A DNA stretch of 64,000 nt from positions 27,933 through 91,932 of the forward strand of contig JAJXVV010000003.1 of the NCBI GenBank assembly GCA_021781955.1. Direction: 5' to 3'. Under the pieces are notes generated by a model. That model did not search any database. It saw nothing but the letters and a program-made list of their open reading frames with translations, and was not told where the DNA came from. This document shows, piece by piece, positions 10,196-20,214 of the stretch; the first letter of the stretch is position 1; every line of letters starts with the position of its first letter. Source of the DNA: a bacterium (GTDB lineage: Bacteria; Patescibacteriota; Minisyncoccia; Phycocordibacterales; UBA2100). Position numbers and translations under genes: made by a program.

Positions 10196-10876
10196 TCAGT
10201 TCCCCACTTTTTCGATGCGCTCGAGAAGGCCGTCCTCGAGCAAGAGAACGCGGTCGACGTAGCGCTTGTCGTCTGGCTCGTGCGTGACCATGATGATGGT
10301 CTGCTTGAGCTCTTTGTTGAGTTTCGTGAACAGTTCGAGCACGACCTTCGCAGATTCCGTGTCGAGATTGGCGGTCGGTTCGTCGGCGAAGACGATCTCC
10401 GGCGAGTTGACGAGCGCGCGCGCGATAGCGACGCGCTGCTGTTCGCCACCCGAGAGCTCGTGCGGGTAGTGGTGGAGCCGCTCGCCGAGGCCGACGAGCG
10501 AAAGCAGCTCGCCCGCGCGCTTTTTGTATACGGTCGAGGGCGTGCCGAGCGCGCGAGCGGGCAAGTACACATTTTCGAGCGCGGTGAATTCCGCGATGAG
10601 CGCGTACTCCTGGAAAACGTAGCCGAGATGTTCGAGCCGGAAGGCGGTGCGCTCCCGCTCCGAGAGCTTGGTCACATCGGTGCCGTTCACGACGACCTCG
10701 CCGGAGGTCGGCATGTCGATGAGCGAAAGCTGATGTACGAGCGTCGATTTGCCGGAGCCGCTGCGACCCATGACCGCGACGAATTCGCCGTCTTGTACCT
10801 CGAACGAGACGCCGCGCAGCGCTCTCGTCGGCACTTTGCCGGGGTATGTTTTGATGACATTGCGAATGGTGATCAT
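10196..10876 (-). CDS. ABC transporter ATP-binding protein (LolD/MacB-like)
   Basis: [34 protein letters not shown]; start MITIRNVIK. Confidence 0.92.
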   Translation of the reverse strand: MITIRNVIKTYPGKVPTRALRGVSFEVQDGEFVAVMGRSGSGKSTLVHQLSLIDMPTSGEVVVNGTDVTKLSERERTAFRLEHLGYVFQEYALIAEFTALENVYLPARALGTPSTVYKKRAGELLSLVGLGERLHHYPHELSGGEQQRVAIARALVNSPEIVFADEPTANLDTESAKVVLELFTKLNKELKQTIIMVTHEPDDKRYVDRVLLLEDGLLERIEKVGN

Positions 10877-10884
10877 AGCGAACG

Positions 10885-12111
10885 TTAGCCCCAAATGGCG
10901 GTAAGGATGCTCTCGCGCACGACGAGACGCGCGGGAACGAGGCCGGAAATGAATCCGGCAACGAGGAACCCGATGACGCTCTCGCCGATCAAGGTCGGAC
11001 CGAACGAGAGCAAGAGCGGACCGAAGGGCAGCATGATGGGATGCACGCTCAAGACGGGCAGCAAGATGCCGAAGACGAAGAAGAGTCCGACGAGCACGCC
11101 GCAGATCACGTAGAAGAGCGATTGGAACACGTAGGCCCACACGACGACGTCCTCCTTGATGCCGATAGCCTTCAAGATGCCGATCTGCCGGCGGCGGTTG
11201 AGGGCGTTGATGTAGATCATGACGAAAATGGTGATCGCCGCGACCAGGACGCTAATGATCGAGACTATCCCCGCGATCAACGTGAATGCGTCGAGCACTG
11301 ATTGAATGACCGCGAGGAGCTCCGAATACATTTTCACCTGGAGCTGCGGCGCGAGCGCCTCGATGCGGCCTTTGTAGTACGAGAGCGGATGCGACGCGTC
11401 GACCTTCACGAGGATCTGCGACGCCTGATCGGAAGCGCCGAGGACCGACTCGGCCTCGCGGCTCGTGATATACGTGTTGGAAAGCGCCGTGCCGAACGTG
11501 ATGTTCACGATGCCTTTCACGGTGTACTGCCGCCGCACGCCGTTGGCGTAGGTGATGGTCACCTTATCGCCCACTTTGGCGCCGCCGAGATCGGAAGGTA
11601 CCGGCAGGCCATAGCCGCCAGCAAGCGCCGCAGGCAGGAGGACCTGATCGGTATCGCTCGGCGAGAGGAACTGCCCCGCAACGAGGTAGCGCTTGAGCGA
11701 GAGCGCGTCGTCCACCTGACCGGGATCGATGCCGATCATCTGCGCCGATACGCTCTTGAAGACACCGTTCTTATCCGCATCGAACGATATCGAACCGGCC
11801 GTGAGGTACACGCGCGCCGTGCCGACGATGCCGGGAATCGTGTGCAGCTGCGCCTGCAATTGCTCTTCATCGGCGATGAACTGTTCCGGCACGGGGAGCT
11901 GCTGGGGCGTGATGACGATATCGGAGGTGGTCGTATTGATGAGGAGATTGGTGATGGTGTCGAGCAATCCTGAGAAAACGCCCGGAATGAACACCATGTT
12001 GAAGAACGAGAGACATAAGATGAGCAGCATGAACGCGAGAAGCGAGCGGCTGCTCCGCATGATCGATTTGTACGCGATGAAGAGCGCGGTCGAGAGGTCG
12101 GTCAAGGTCAT
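10885..12111 (-). CDS. ABC permease, FtsX/MacB/LolE family
   Basis: RRRQIGILKAIG motif, 4 TMs and an extracytoplasmic domain; start MTLTDLSTAL. Confidence 0.88.
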   Translation of the reverse strand: MTLTDLSTALFIAYKSIMRSSRSLLAFMLLILCLSFFNMVFIPGVFSGLLDTITNLLINTTTSDIVITPQQLPVPEQFIADEEQLQAQLHTIPGIVGTARVYLTAGSISFDADKNGVFKSVSAQMIGIDPGQVDDALSLKRYLVAGQFLSPSDTDQVLLPAALAGGYGLPVPSDLGGAKVGDKVTITYANGVRRQYTVKGIVNITFGTALSNTYITSREAESVLGASDQASQILVKVDASHPLSYYKGRIEALAPQLQVKMYSELLAVIQSVLDAFTLIAGIVSIISVLVAAITIFVMIYINALNRRRQIGILKAIGIKEDVVVWAYVFQSLFYVICGVLVGLFFVFGILLPVLSVHPIMLPFGPLLLSFGPTLIGESVIGFLVAGFISGLVPARLVVRESILTAIWG

Positions 12112-12133
12112 AGCGCGAGAAAGACTCTCCAGG

Positions 12134-12219
12134 GGCGCGTCCGGACGGACACTTCCCGCGGAGGAACTGTCCGAGCGAAGCGAGTTTTCCGCAGCGGGAA
12201 GTGTCCGTCCGGACGCGCC
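12134..12219. repeat. Hairpin element copy 1 (26-bp perfect arms around a 34-nt core)
   Basis: GGCGCGTCCGGACGGACACTTCCCGC and its reverse complement; core shared with 40735-40818. Confidence 0.85.
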
Positions 12220-12230
12220 ACACCCATAGG

Positions 12231-13760
12231 TCAATTCGTTCCCGTCACGACGACGTCGCCTTCTTGTAGGCCGGAAAGTATTTGCACCATGCCGCTCTGG
12301 TCTTTGAGGCCGGTGGAGACCGGCATCGTCGTCGGCGAACCGTTCTGGAGCAGCTGTACCGTGCTGCTCGCGCCCGAGGCCGTGACCGCGCTCGCCGGCA
12401 CGAGGAGGGCGTCGGAACTCGAGGCCGTCTGTATCCACACATTGGCCGTCATGCCGGGCCTCACGCCTGCGTACGTTTTAGTAAAGAGGATGGTTGTTTG
12501 GTAGTAGATGGCGCCGCCGACCACGGTCTGCGCGGGATCAACTTCGCTCACCTTCCCGTCGAACGACGTGCCTGCCGGAAATGCGTCGAGCTCGATGCGC
12601 ACCGGGTCCCCTGGCACCACGCCAACGACGTTGTCCTCCGAGACGTTGACCTTCACGTCGAGCGCCTGATCGGGCTGCAGCGTGACCACCGCAATATCCG
12701 GCGTCACGTTCTCGCCCACGCTCCCCTGCGTATCGGTGATAGTGCCGCTGAAAGGCGCGATGATCTCGAGGGTGCGTATCTGCGCTTGGATCGCGGTGGC
12801 GGCGGCTTGCGCCTGCTGCACGGCGGCTTGCTGCGCGGCAATGGTCGAGGCGGTCGAGCCGGCGAATTGGAGCGCCAGGGTCTTTTGGTCTTTAGCGAGG
12901 GTCGAGGACGCTGCTGCTTGCGTCGTCTCGGCAGCAGTCAGCGTTGAGAGCGCGGCATTGACGTTCGTACGCGCGGTCGCAACACCGGTCGTCCAGGTCG
13001 TGAGCTGCGTCTGGGTGACGCCCTGGCCGGGCAGTGCTTTGTTGAGCGCCGTGTTCGCATCGGCGAGCAAATTCGAGACGGCATTAAGCCCGCTCTCCGC
13101 CTGAGCGATCGGCAAAGCGCCGCCTGCGGATGCCGCGAGCTGCGCTTGGCTCCAATCGGCCATCGTCGAGCCGATGGCCACGCGCTCGCTCTCGAGCTGC
13201 GTCTCAAGCTGCGAATCGGGCAGCGAGAACAGGACCTGCGGGTTCGTGCTGCGAGGATTGTTGAACAAAAGATCGACGCTGTTGCCGATCGCGCTATCAG
13301 ACGTCGTGTAGGCGCTCATGAGCGCGTTCAAAAGGGACTGCCGGCTCTGCGAGAGCGCGACCTCGTCGCTTTGCACCTGCGCTTGCGTAACGGCTATCTG
13401 CTCAGGGCGTGTGCCTTCTTGCAGGGTCGCGAGCGCCGCCTGCTGCATCGCGACCACTGCCTGCGCCTGGGAGAGCTGCGCCTCAAGCACGCTCGTGTCT
13501 TGCTGCGCGAGCACGGCTCCCGCCGCGACACGCTGTCCGACCGCCACATTGAGCGCGACGAGCTGCCCCGGCGACTGGAAGCGCAGGACGCTCGTCGTCG
13601 GCGACTCGACATTGCCGCTCGCGAGCGCCTCCTGCACGATAGGGCCGCGCGTTACCGCTGCCGTGACGTAAGCCGCCGGCCGGGTGCGCACGAAAAGGAC
13701 GGCCGCGCCTGCGACGAGCACGACCGCGATCCCGATGGTCGCGAGCGCGTGGTTCTTCAT
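12231..13760 (-). CDS. Efflux adaptor subunit (MacA/HlyD-like)
   Basis: N-terminal TM, long Ala/Gln coiled coil, IIAPFSGTI, RPGMTANV, LLVPASAV. Confidence 0.87.
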   Translation of the reverse strand: MKNHALATIGIAVVLVAGAAVLFVRTRPAAYVTAAVTRGPIVQEALASGNVESPTTSVLRFQSPGQLVALNVAVGQRVAAGAVLAQQDTSVLEAQLSQAQAVVAMQQAALATLQEGTRPEQIAVTQAQVQSDEVALSQSRQSLLNALMSAYTTSDSAIGNSVDLLFNNPRSTNPQVLFSLPDSQLETQLESERVAIGSTMADWSQAQLAASAGGALPIAQAESGLNAVSNLLADANTALNKALPGQGVTQTQLTTWTTGVATARTNVNAALSTLTAAETTQAAASSTLAKDQKTLALQFAGSTASTIAAQQAAVQQAQAAATAIQAQIRTLEIIAPFSGTITDTQGSVGENVTPDIAVVTLQPDQALDVKVNVSEDNVVGVVPGDPVRIELDAFPAGTSFDGKVSEVDPAQTVVGGAIYYQTTILFTKTYAGVRPGMTANVWIQTASSSDALLVPASAVTASGASSTVQLLQNGSPTTMPVSTGLKDQSGMVQILSGLQEGDVVVTGTN

Positions 13761-13839
13761 ATCGTACAGGATACCACGCGGCGCGCTCCTCCAGAGGAAC
13801 GTGCCGCTCAATGTCATGTGTTTGCTACAATGCGCGAGT

Positions 13840-14691
13840 ATGAAATTCATCGGACGCCCTACCGTCGGTCTCGCGCTCTCCGGCGGATCGGCCAAAGGCC
13901 TCGCGCACATCGGCGTCATCAAGGCATTCGAAGAGGCGGGAATACCGATAGACATGATCGCCGGCACCAGCATGGGTGCGCTCGTCGGCGCGTTTTATGC
14001 AGCCGGCCGCGATGGCGCCGAACTGGAGCGCATCGCGAACTCGATCGACCGGCGGCAGCTCTTGCAGCTCCTCGACCCTGGCTTCAACGGCGGCTTGATG
14101 GCGGGCGAGAAGGTATACGAGTTCATCGATTCGTTCCTACGCGGCGCGACCTTCGAGAAATGCCGCGTCCCTTTCCGCGTCGTCACCACCGACCTGCGCA
14201 CCGGCGAGCCGACCATCTTCGACGACGGCGAACTGCTGCCCGCAATACGCGCGAGCATTTCGCTGCCTCTGGTGTTCAATCCGGTCCCGTATCGCGATCT
14301 TCTCCTCACCGACGGCGGACTCTCGCTCCCCTTGCCCGCGCGCGTCGTGCGCGACATGGGAGCCGACATCGTCATCTCCGTCAACGTGCTCTCCCGCCTC
14401 GACCCGCGAGCTGTCGTTCACCCGAAAGGCGTCAGCGGCATTTTCAGTGTCGCGAACGCGTCCATCGACATCATGATGCGCAACCTCACGAAGCAGGACG
14501 CCACGCTTTCTGACATCGTCATCGCGCCGGAGGTAAGCAGCTTCAATAGCCGCGACTTCGATCGCGCGCGGCCGCTTATCGAGCTTGGTGCCGTCTCCGC
14601 CAAGGAGGTGCTCCCCCGCATCAAGGGCGCGATCACCGCGAAGACCCCGCCGCTACGGCGCCTTCTTACCCGCCTGCGTTCACTGCATTGA
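13840..14691 (+). CDS. Patatin-like phospholipase (RssA/NTE family)
   Basis: LALSGGSAKGLAHIGV, GTSMG nucleophile, DGG. Confidence 0.92.
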   Translation: MKFIGRPTVGLALSGGSAKGLAHIGVIKAFEEAGIPIDMIAGTSMGALVGAFYAAGRDGAELERIANSIDRRQLLQLLDPGFNGGLMAGEKVYEFIDSFLRGATFEKCRVPFRVVTTDLRTGEPTIFDDGELLPAIRASISLPLVFNPVPYRDLLLTDGGLSLPLPARVVRDMGADIVISVNVLSRLDPRAVVHPKGVSGIFSVANASIDIMMRNLTKQDATLSDIVIAPEVSSFNSRDFDRARPLIELGAVSAKEVLPRIKGAITAKTPPLRRLLTRLRSLH

Positions 14692-15967
14692 TCTCCCCAG
14701 GACCGAGTATTCCTTCGTGCATCGCGTACGCGCCATACGCAGCAGCCGCGAGGCAGACGACGCCGCCCACGACGAGCGGCATGCGGCCGCCCGCGACATC
14801 GGCGAGATAGCCGAGCGCAGGGCCGCCGATCGCCGTCGAACCGATGAAGAACACCGACTGGAGCGCGAGCGCGCGGCCGCGCATCTCTGGCCGCGCATCC
14901 ACCTGTATGAGCGTCGTCGTTGCGGTCGAATAGATAACGCTCGAGGCGCCCACGAAAAACGCGATGCCGATCGCGCTCCACACGTTCGGCGCGGCGGAGA
15001 GCGCGAGCACTGCGAGGCCGAACGCGGCCGCGCCGGCGACGACGTGCCGCACGCTGATATCCTCGCGCCGCGCGATAAGGAACGAACCTGCAATCGCGCC
15101 GACGCTGAAGATCGAGTAGAGCACCGTGAAGACGCCGTCGGCAGCGCCGAGCGATCGCGTCACGAAGAGCGGGAGCGTGACGGTGAAATTGAGCGTAAGC
15201 GTCCCGATGAGCGCAAGCATGATGAAATTCACCAAAAACACCGGCGTCGCGCGGATATAGCGTAGACCCTCGCGCACGCTGCCACCGCGTACCGCCGCTT
15301 GTGCGGCACGGTGGAGCTCGTTCGTGCGCATCTGATATAAACTCCATAGCACCGCGAGGTACGAGAGCGCGTCGATCGTAAAACACCAGCCGTAGCCAAT
15401 GCTCACGATGAGCGCGCCGGCGAGCGCCGGTCCGAACACGCGCGCGACATTGACCGTGGTGCTATAGAGCACGACCGCGTTGGGCACGTCCTCGGGCGCC
15501 ACCATTTCGCTCACAAAAGAACGGCGCAACGGATTATCGAGCGAGAGCAAGATCCCGCCGAAGAGCGCGAGCGCGTACAGGCCGACAAGCGGCGGGTGCG
15601 GCAAGAACGCGAACACCGCGAGCCCCGCCGATTGCGCCATCTCGAGACCTTGCGTTGCGTAGAGGAGCGCGTGCTTGTCGAAACGGTCCGCAACCGTGCC
15701 TGCCCACGCAGAAAAGAGCAGTATCGGCCCGTACTGGCACGCGGCAAGCACGCCGACGGCGAAACCGCTCTCCGTGACCTTGAGCACGAGGAGCGTGAGA
15801 GCGACGCTCGTGAGCCAGTTGCCCGTGTTCGAGATGGTCTGGCCGTAGAAAAATAGCTTGAAATTACGATTGCGGAGCGACACGAACGTCTCGCGCATCA
15901 GACTTGCCATGCCGCGCATGCCGCCACCATCGAGCAATCCTGCACCATGAGTCATGTATTTAGTCAT
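14666..15967 (-). CDS. MFS transporter (DHA3-like); start uncertain
   Basis: 12-TM pattern; SLRNRNFKLFFYGQTISNTGNW; GTVADRFDK. Confidence 0.88.
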   Translation of the reverse strand: MTKYMTHGAGLLDGGGMRGMASLMRETFVSLRNRNFKLFFYGQTISNTGNWLTSVALTLLVLKVTESGFAVGVLAACQYGPILLFSAWAGTVADRFDKHALLYATQGLEMAQSAGLAVFAFLPHPPLVGLYALALFGGILLSLDNPLRRSFVSEMVAPEDVPNAVVLYSTTVNVARVFGPALAGALIVSIGYGWCFTIDALSYLAVLWSLYQMRTNELHRAAQAAVRGGSVREGLRYIRATPVFLVNFIMLALIGTLTLNFTVTLPLFVTRSLGAADGVFTVLYSIFSVGAIAGSFLIARREDISVRHVVAGAAAFGLAVLALSAAPNVWSAIGIAFFVGASSVIYSTATTTLIQVDARPEMRGRALALQSVFFIGSTAIGGPALGYLADVAGGRMPLVVGGVVCLAAAAYGAYAMHEGILGPGEINAVNAGG

Positions 15968-16102
15968 GTATTATATAGTATGCACGAGTGTGAGACATTC
16001 GCTTCAGACGTGCTACGGGATCGCACGGGAACATTGATGACGAGATTGTTGGCTAGACGGAGGAAGTGTCTGATAAAGATTATAAGAAGTAATGGTTAAC
16101 AT

Positions 16103-17152
16103 ATGAGGGCAACCCTATTCAAAGGACCGCGTCGCGTTGAACTCGGCGAACGTCCTGACCCCGTTATCAAAGAGCCGACCGACGCCATCGTGCGCGTGGT
16201 CATGGGATGCGTTTGTGGTTCTGATCTCTGGTACTACCGCGGCATCAATCCGCACAAGGAAGGCAGTATCGGGCACGAATTCATCGGCATCGTCGAGAAA
16301 ATCGGCGATGACGTGAAAGATACCAAGGTCGGCGATTTGGTCATCGCACCGTTCGATTACAGCGACGGCACCTGTGCCAACTGCAAAGCCGGCTACACCT
16401 TCGAGTGCCCACACGGCGGCGCGTTCGGCAATGGCGATACCGATGGCGGTCAGGGCGAGTACGTGCGCGCTCCATATGCAGACGTCAATCTCGTGAAAGT
16501 GCCGAAAGGTGAATATACAGAAGACCAGCTCGCGTCGTTCCTCGCGCTCTCGGACGTCATGTGCACCGGCTTTCATGCTGCGTCGAGCGCTGGGGTAAAG
16601 AAAGGAGACGTGGTGGCCGTTGTCGGCGACGGCGCAGTGGGTCTGTCCGGTATCATCGCGGCAAAGCTAAAGGGCGCATCGCGCATCATCGCGCTCTCCC
16701 GTAATCCAGCGCGCCAAAAGCTCGCCAAAGAGTTTGGGGCGACCGACATCGTGCCGGAGCGCGGCGAGGAAGCAGTGGCTGCGGTTATGAAGCTGACCGA
16801 TGGCGTTGGCGTGAACGCCGCGCTCGAATGCGTTGGCACTAAAGAAGCGCTCGAAACCGCGGCGAATGTCACGCGCGCGGGCGGCATGGTCGGCGCGGTC
16901 GGTGTTCCCACCTACGGCACGATCGAGTACGCCAAAATGTTTTTCTGGCGCAACATCGGCATCAAGGGCGGCGTCGCTCCGGCGCGCACTTACATCCCGG
17001 AGCTTCTTAAAGCGGTACTCAATGGGCGTATCAATCCAGGCCGTGTCTTCGACCTGCGCACTGACCTTGATAATGTCGCGGAGGCGTACGCCGCGATGGA
17101 CGAGCGCCGCGCTATCAAGTCGCTCCTTAAGGTGAGCGAGATTAATCGCTAG
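16103..17152 (+). CDS. Zinc-dependent alcohol dehydrogenase family protein
   Basis: CVCGSDLW, GHEFIG, LSDVMCTG, GDGAVG. Confidence 0.9.
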   Translation: MRATLFKGPRRVELGERPDPVIKEPTDAIVRVVMGCVCGSDLWYYRGINPHKEGSIGHEFIGIVEKIGDDVKDTKVGDLVIAPFDYSDGTCANCKAGYTFECPHGGAFGNGDTDGGQGEYVRAPYADVNLVKVPKGEYTEDQLASFLALSDVMCTGFHAASSAGVKKGDVVAVVGDGAVGLSGIIAAKLKGASRIIALSRNPARQKLAKEFGATDIVPERGEEAVAAVMKLTDGVGVNAALECVGTKEALETAANVTRAGGMVGAVGVPTYGTIEYAKMFFWRNIGIKGGVAPARTYIPELLKAVLNGRINPGRVFDLRTDLDNVAEAYAAMDERRAIKSLLKVSEINR

Positions 17153-17239
17153 CCAGAAGCGATCGCTCGCTTACCATCGTAAAAAGTTCGGGCGCCCCTT
17201 AGCCCTCGATTTTCGCGATTTTCAAAAAACGAAGTGAAG

Positions 17240-17270
17240 CGGTCGCATTACACCGTCTCACGTTCCTGCG
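17240..17270 (+). repeat. Left direct repeat (att-like)
   Basis: CGGTCGCATTACACCGTCTCACGTTCCTGCG vs CGGTCGCGAAACACGGTCTCACGTTCCTGCG at 37811-37841; 16-nt exact core. Confidence 0.75.
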
Positions 17271-17689
17271 TGTGCCCAGACACTCAGACCGCCCGCATCG
17301 CCTCGGAGGCGAACGCACCAGCACACCCAGATACTTTTTGTCAAGGGCGCAGCTCTACGCTGTTCTTAGAACCTATTTTAGCAAAAATCAGGGCTGATCT
17401 GCCTAGTCATACAGGTAGTCATTCGGGGTGGCGCGGAATGACTACCCTCCGAATCTGGAAAAGGCACTGGCATCTTCGGCTCCAACCTGTATTTATCTGC
17501 GCGCGAAGCGCGCGGAGTAACTAAACCACAATGGGCTGCGCTGTGCGCAGCCAAAAATAATTTCCCTTTAGTTCCTATTGCGGTGAGGGTCGGTCTAGAA
17601 CCAACCTGTTTCAAGCATTGTAAGGGTTCTTTGGCGAGTTTGCGACCTGCCGATTTTAGGGGGAACGGTCGCTGAGAATGTTACAAACG

Positions 17690-18445
17690 TTACAACTTTT
17701 TGCGTAGTTTCTTGCGGGCCTCCCGCTTAGCCCTCCGATCCTCCCGTTGTCGCTTTTCTTCCTCTTCTCGCGCTTTCATCTCCTCAGGAGGAATGATGCG
17801 TAGATGGTCCATGATTTTGTAACCCTTGAGGGTCTCGCGCGGATCACCGAAGCAATACCACTCGTATGACCGATACCATGTCTGCCCATCGCGATCTTCC
17901 TTCACCAACTGAGATTCAACCAATTTCTTGGGCGGCAAGGTACCCTCGTTGTCCTTGATAAGGAACAGCCGTGCGTGTACGCGTCCCGCACCATCCGTCA
18001 CAGTGCGCGCCTTCAGTACTCCTTCTTTGATCCATCGTGTGACATCTGAGTGCTTCAGGTTGAATGCGCGCTGAAGTTCGTGTTCCCTGTAGTAACTCTT
18101 CTCGCGTTTCGCGAGAGACCCCGGGATTTCTTTTCGATCGACAGCTCCGTGGCACGTAAGGCAGGTGACGCCCCATTTGTCGTACCAGCTTCCTTCTTCC
18201 CGCGAACTCTCGTGGCAAATAGCGCACGTGCGACCACGGCCCTCAAGGACAAATCCTTTGGGAGACTCTTGGAGACGCTTCTTCCATCCTTGTTCCTTCA
18301 CCCAGAGCTCGTACAGAATCTCAGCCAACCCCGCCAGATTGCGCGAAGCTTCTTCCGCCTCCTCCCAGGTAACTTCCTTGCCCTCGCGCTTCTCGAGAAG
18401 CTCTTTCATTTTCTGAATGTGTTTTTTGTGTTCCTCCGCATCCAT
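17690..18445 (-). CDS. Hypothetical protein with CxxC...CxxC Zn-finger and a MerR-like HTH segment
   Basis: CAICH...CLTCH; HELQRAFNLKHSDVTRWIKEGVLKA. Confidence 0.7.
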   Translation of the reverse strand: MDAEEHKKHIQKMKELLEKREGKEVTWEEAEEASRNLAGLAEILYELWVKEQGWKKRLQESPKGFVLEGRGRTCAICHESSREEGSWYDKWGVTCLTCHGAVDRKEIPGSLAKREKSYYREHELQRAFNLKHSDVTRWIKEGVLKARTVTDGAGRVHARLFLIKDNEGTLPPKKLVESQLVKEDRDGQTWYRSYEWYCFGDPRETLKGYKIMDHLRIIPPEEMKAREEEEKRQREDRRAKREARKKLRKKL

Positions 18446-18870
18446 ACCTATATTCTGCCGAACTCGCGCAGCGAACGCTAACGGACGCGAGCGCTTGCAA
18501 ACGACGACAAACTGTTGTGTTATCCACAGCTCCCTCTTCCTGTCCAAAGACAATCTCCCCGGAATCCGTATGATGGAAGTACGCAGCTTACCGCGCGCCC
18601 TCACGAAGGGCCCGTAGGAAAGCGACGAGGCTGCAGGGCGCTACAGCCGCTGAGCAGAACCCTGCTCAGGCAAGGTGCGTAACACCGAAGACAGCGCTTC
18701 GGCCCTATCTTCAGACTCTGCGCTCCTTGGCCCTGATTCTCGGTCTCACGAAGACTCAGAATCCCAGAAAACAAAAACACGATTATTCACCGCGAGCGGT
18801 TCGCCGCTCTCGAATTAAGTGCTTTTGTTTGCGTGGGATTTTTTCTCGTGCACGCAAAGGCCTATGCACA

Positions 18871-20214
18871 ATGACCAATCAAGAATTGAAGATTACGTAT
18901 GTCCCCATTGAGACCCTTAAACACCCTGAACGGAATCCTCGCTTCTGGAGCAACGAGGTAAAGCTCCAGCTCAAAGAGAGCGTCACAAGACACGGGGTTG
19001 TCGACCCATTAATCATCAATACCGCGCCCGGCCGGGAGAACATCTGCATTGGTGGGAACTTGCGGTTGGAGGTCCTCAAAGAGCTCGGCCATAAAACAGT
19101 GCCGGTCGTCTCACTCTCCATCACCGACCCGAACAAGGAGCAGGAGCTCATATTGCGGTTGAATCGCAATGTCGCGGAGTTCGACGCGACGCTCCTCAGT
19201 GAGTTCGACGAGGCGTTCCTCAAAGACATCGGATTTTCGTCGGAAGAATTGGATGAGGTGTTTGAGGTCGAGAAAGACGAAGAACAATTCGACCTCGAAA
19301 AGGAATTAGACAAGCTCCAGATAGATCAGATCACCGTAGAGAAAGGAGACGTGTACGACCTCGATGGGTCACGTCTTAAATGCGGCGACTCTACTGTGGA
19401 GGCTGACGTGCTGGACCTAATGCGCGGAGAAAAAGCGGACATGTGCATGACCGACATGCCGTACCGCCTCAGTTACCTGAAGGGCAAAACGCGCAAAGGA
19501 AACCCAACGGTCGGCTTCGGTGCAAAAAGAAACCGCCGGTACCTCGAGACCGAGGCGCTGCCACCGGACTTCGTTGAGAAGTGGATGGGTAATGTTGCCA
19601 AGGTCGCTAACAAGGACTTTTCCATCATTTCCTACGAAAACTGGCGCAACATCCGCGAACAGTGGGACGTGATGGAGAAGCAAGGATGGAAGGTCCGCAA
19701 CATGATCGTCTGGCACCTCCCCACGAGGAACCAGGGCTATGCCGGCAAAAATATCTTGTTCTCGAAGCATGACATCGCGATGGTCGGCACGAGCGAAGCA
19801 CACAGCGGTCTCAACCTTGAGCCCGAGGACGGACTCTATGAGAACCAGTACGAAACTGCTCTCTTCGCGATCCAGGGTAAAGGTTCCCACTGGGAAAACT
19901 ACGGCAAAAACAAGAAGTACTGCCCGACGGATTTCATCGAGTTCAACGCAGCTGACGAGAAGTCTTCCGGGCAAGCGATCATCTACGGCGTAAAGCCGAT
20001 TGAGATCCTCCTGCCCTACATCAAAACGCTCACCAAGCGCGGTCAGCTCATCATTGAGCCCTTTGCGGGATCGGGTTCCACATTAATTGGAGCGAATACA
20101 CTTGGTCGCCGGTGCTTCGCGATGGAAAAAGTACCGACCTATGCCGAGGTCATCCTCAACCGATGGGAAAAGTTCTCTGGGAAGAAACGCGTAAAGATCC
20201 ATGCACAAGCGTGA
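18871..20214 (+). CDS. ParB-N-domain fused amino DNA methyltransferase (beta class, phage type)
   Basis: HPERNPR...GGNLRLEVLKELG ParB-like domain; TDMPY motif IV; EPFAGSGST motif I. Confidence 0.85.
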   Translation: MTNQELKITYVPIETLKHPERNPRFWSNEVKLQLKESVTRHGVVDPLIINTAPGRENICIGGNLRLEVLKELGHKTVPVVSLSITDPNKEQELILRLNRNVAEFDATLLSEFDEAFLKDIGFSSEELDEVFEVEKDEEQFDLEKELDKLQIDQITVEKGDVYDLDGSRLKCGDSTVEADVLDLMRGEKADMCMTDMPYRLSYLKGKTRKGNPTVGFGAKRNRRYLETEALPPDFVEKWMGNVAKVANKDFSIISYENWRNIREQWDVMEKQGWKVRNMIVWHLPTRNQGYAGKNILFSKHDIAMVGTSEAHSGLNLEPEDGLYENQYETALFAIQGKGSHWENYGKNKKYCPTDFIEFNAADEKSSGQAIIYGVKPIEILLPYIKTLTKRGQLIIEPFAGSGSTLIGANTLGRRCFAMEKVPTYAEVILNRWEKFSGKKRVKIHAQA

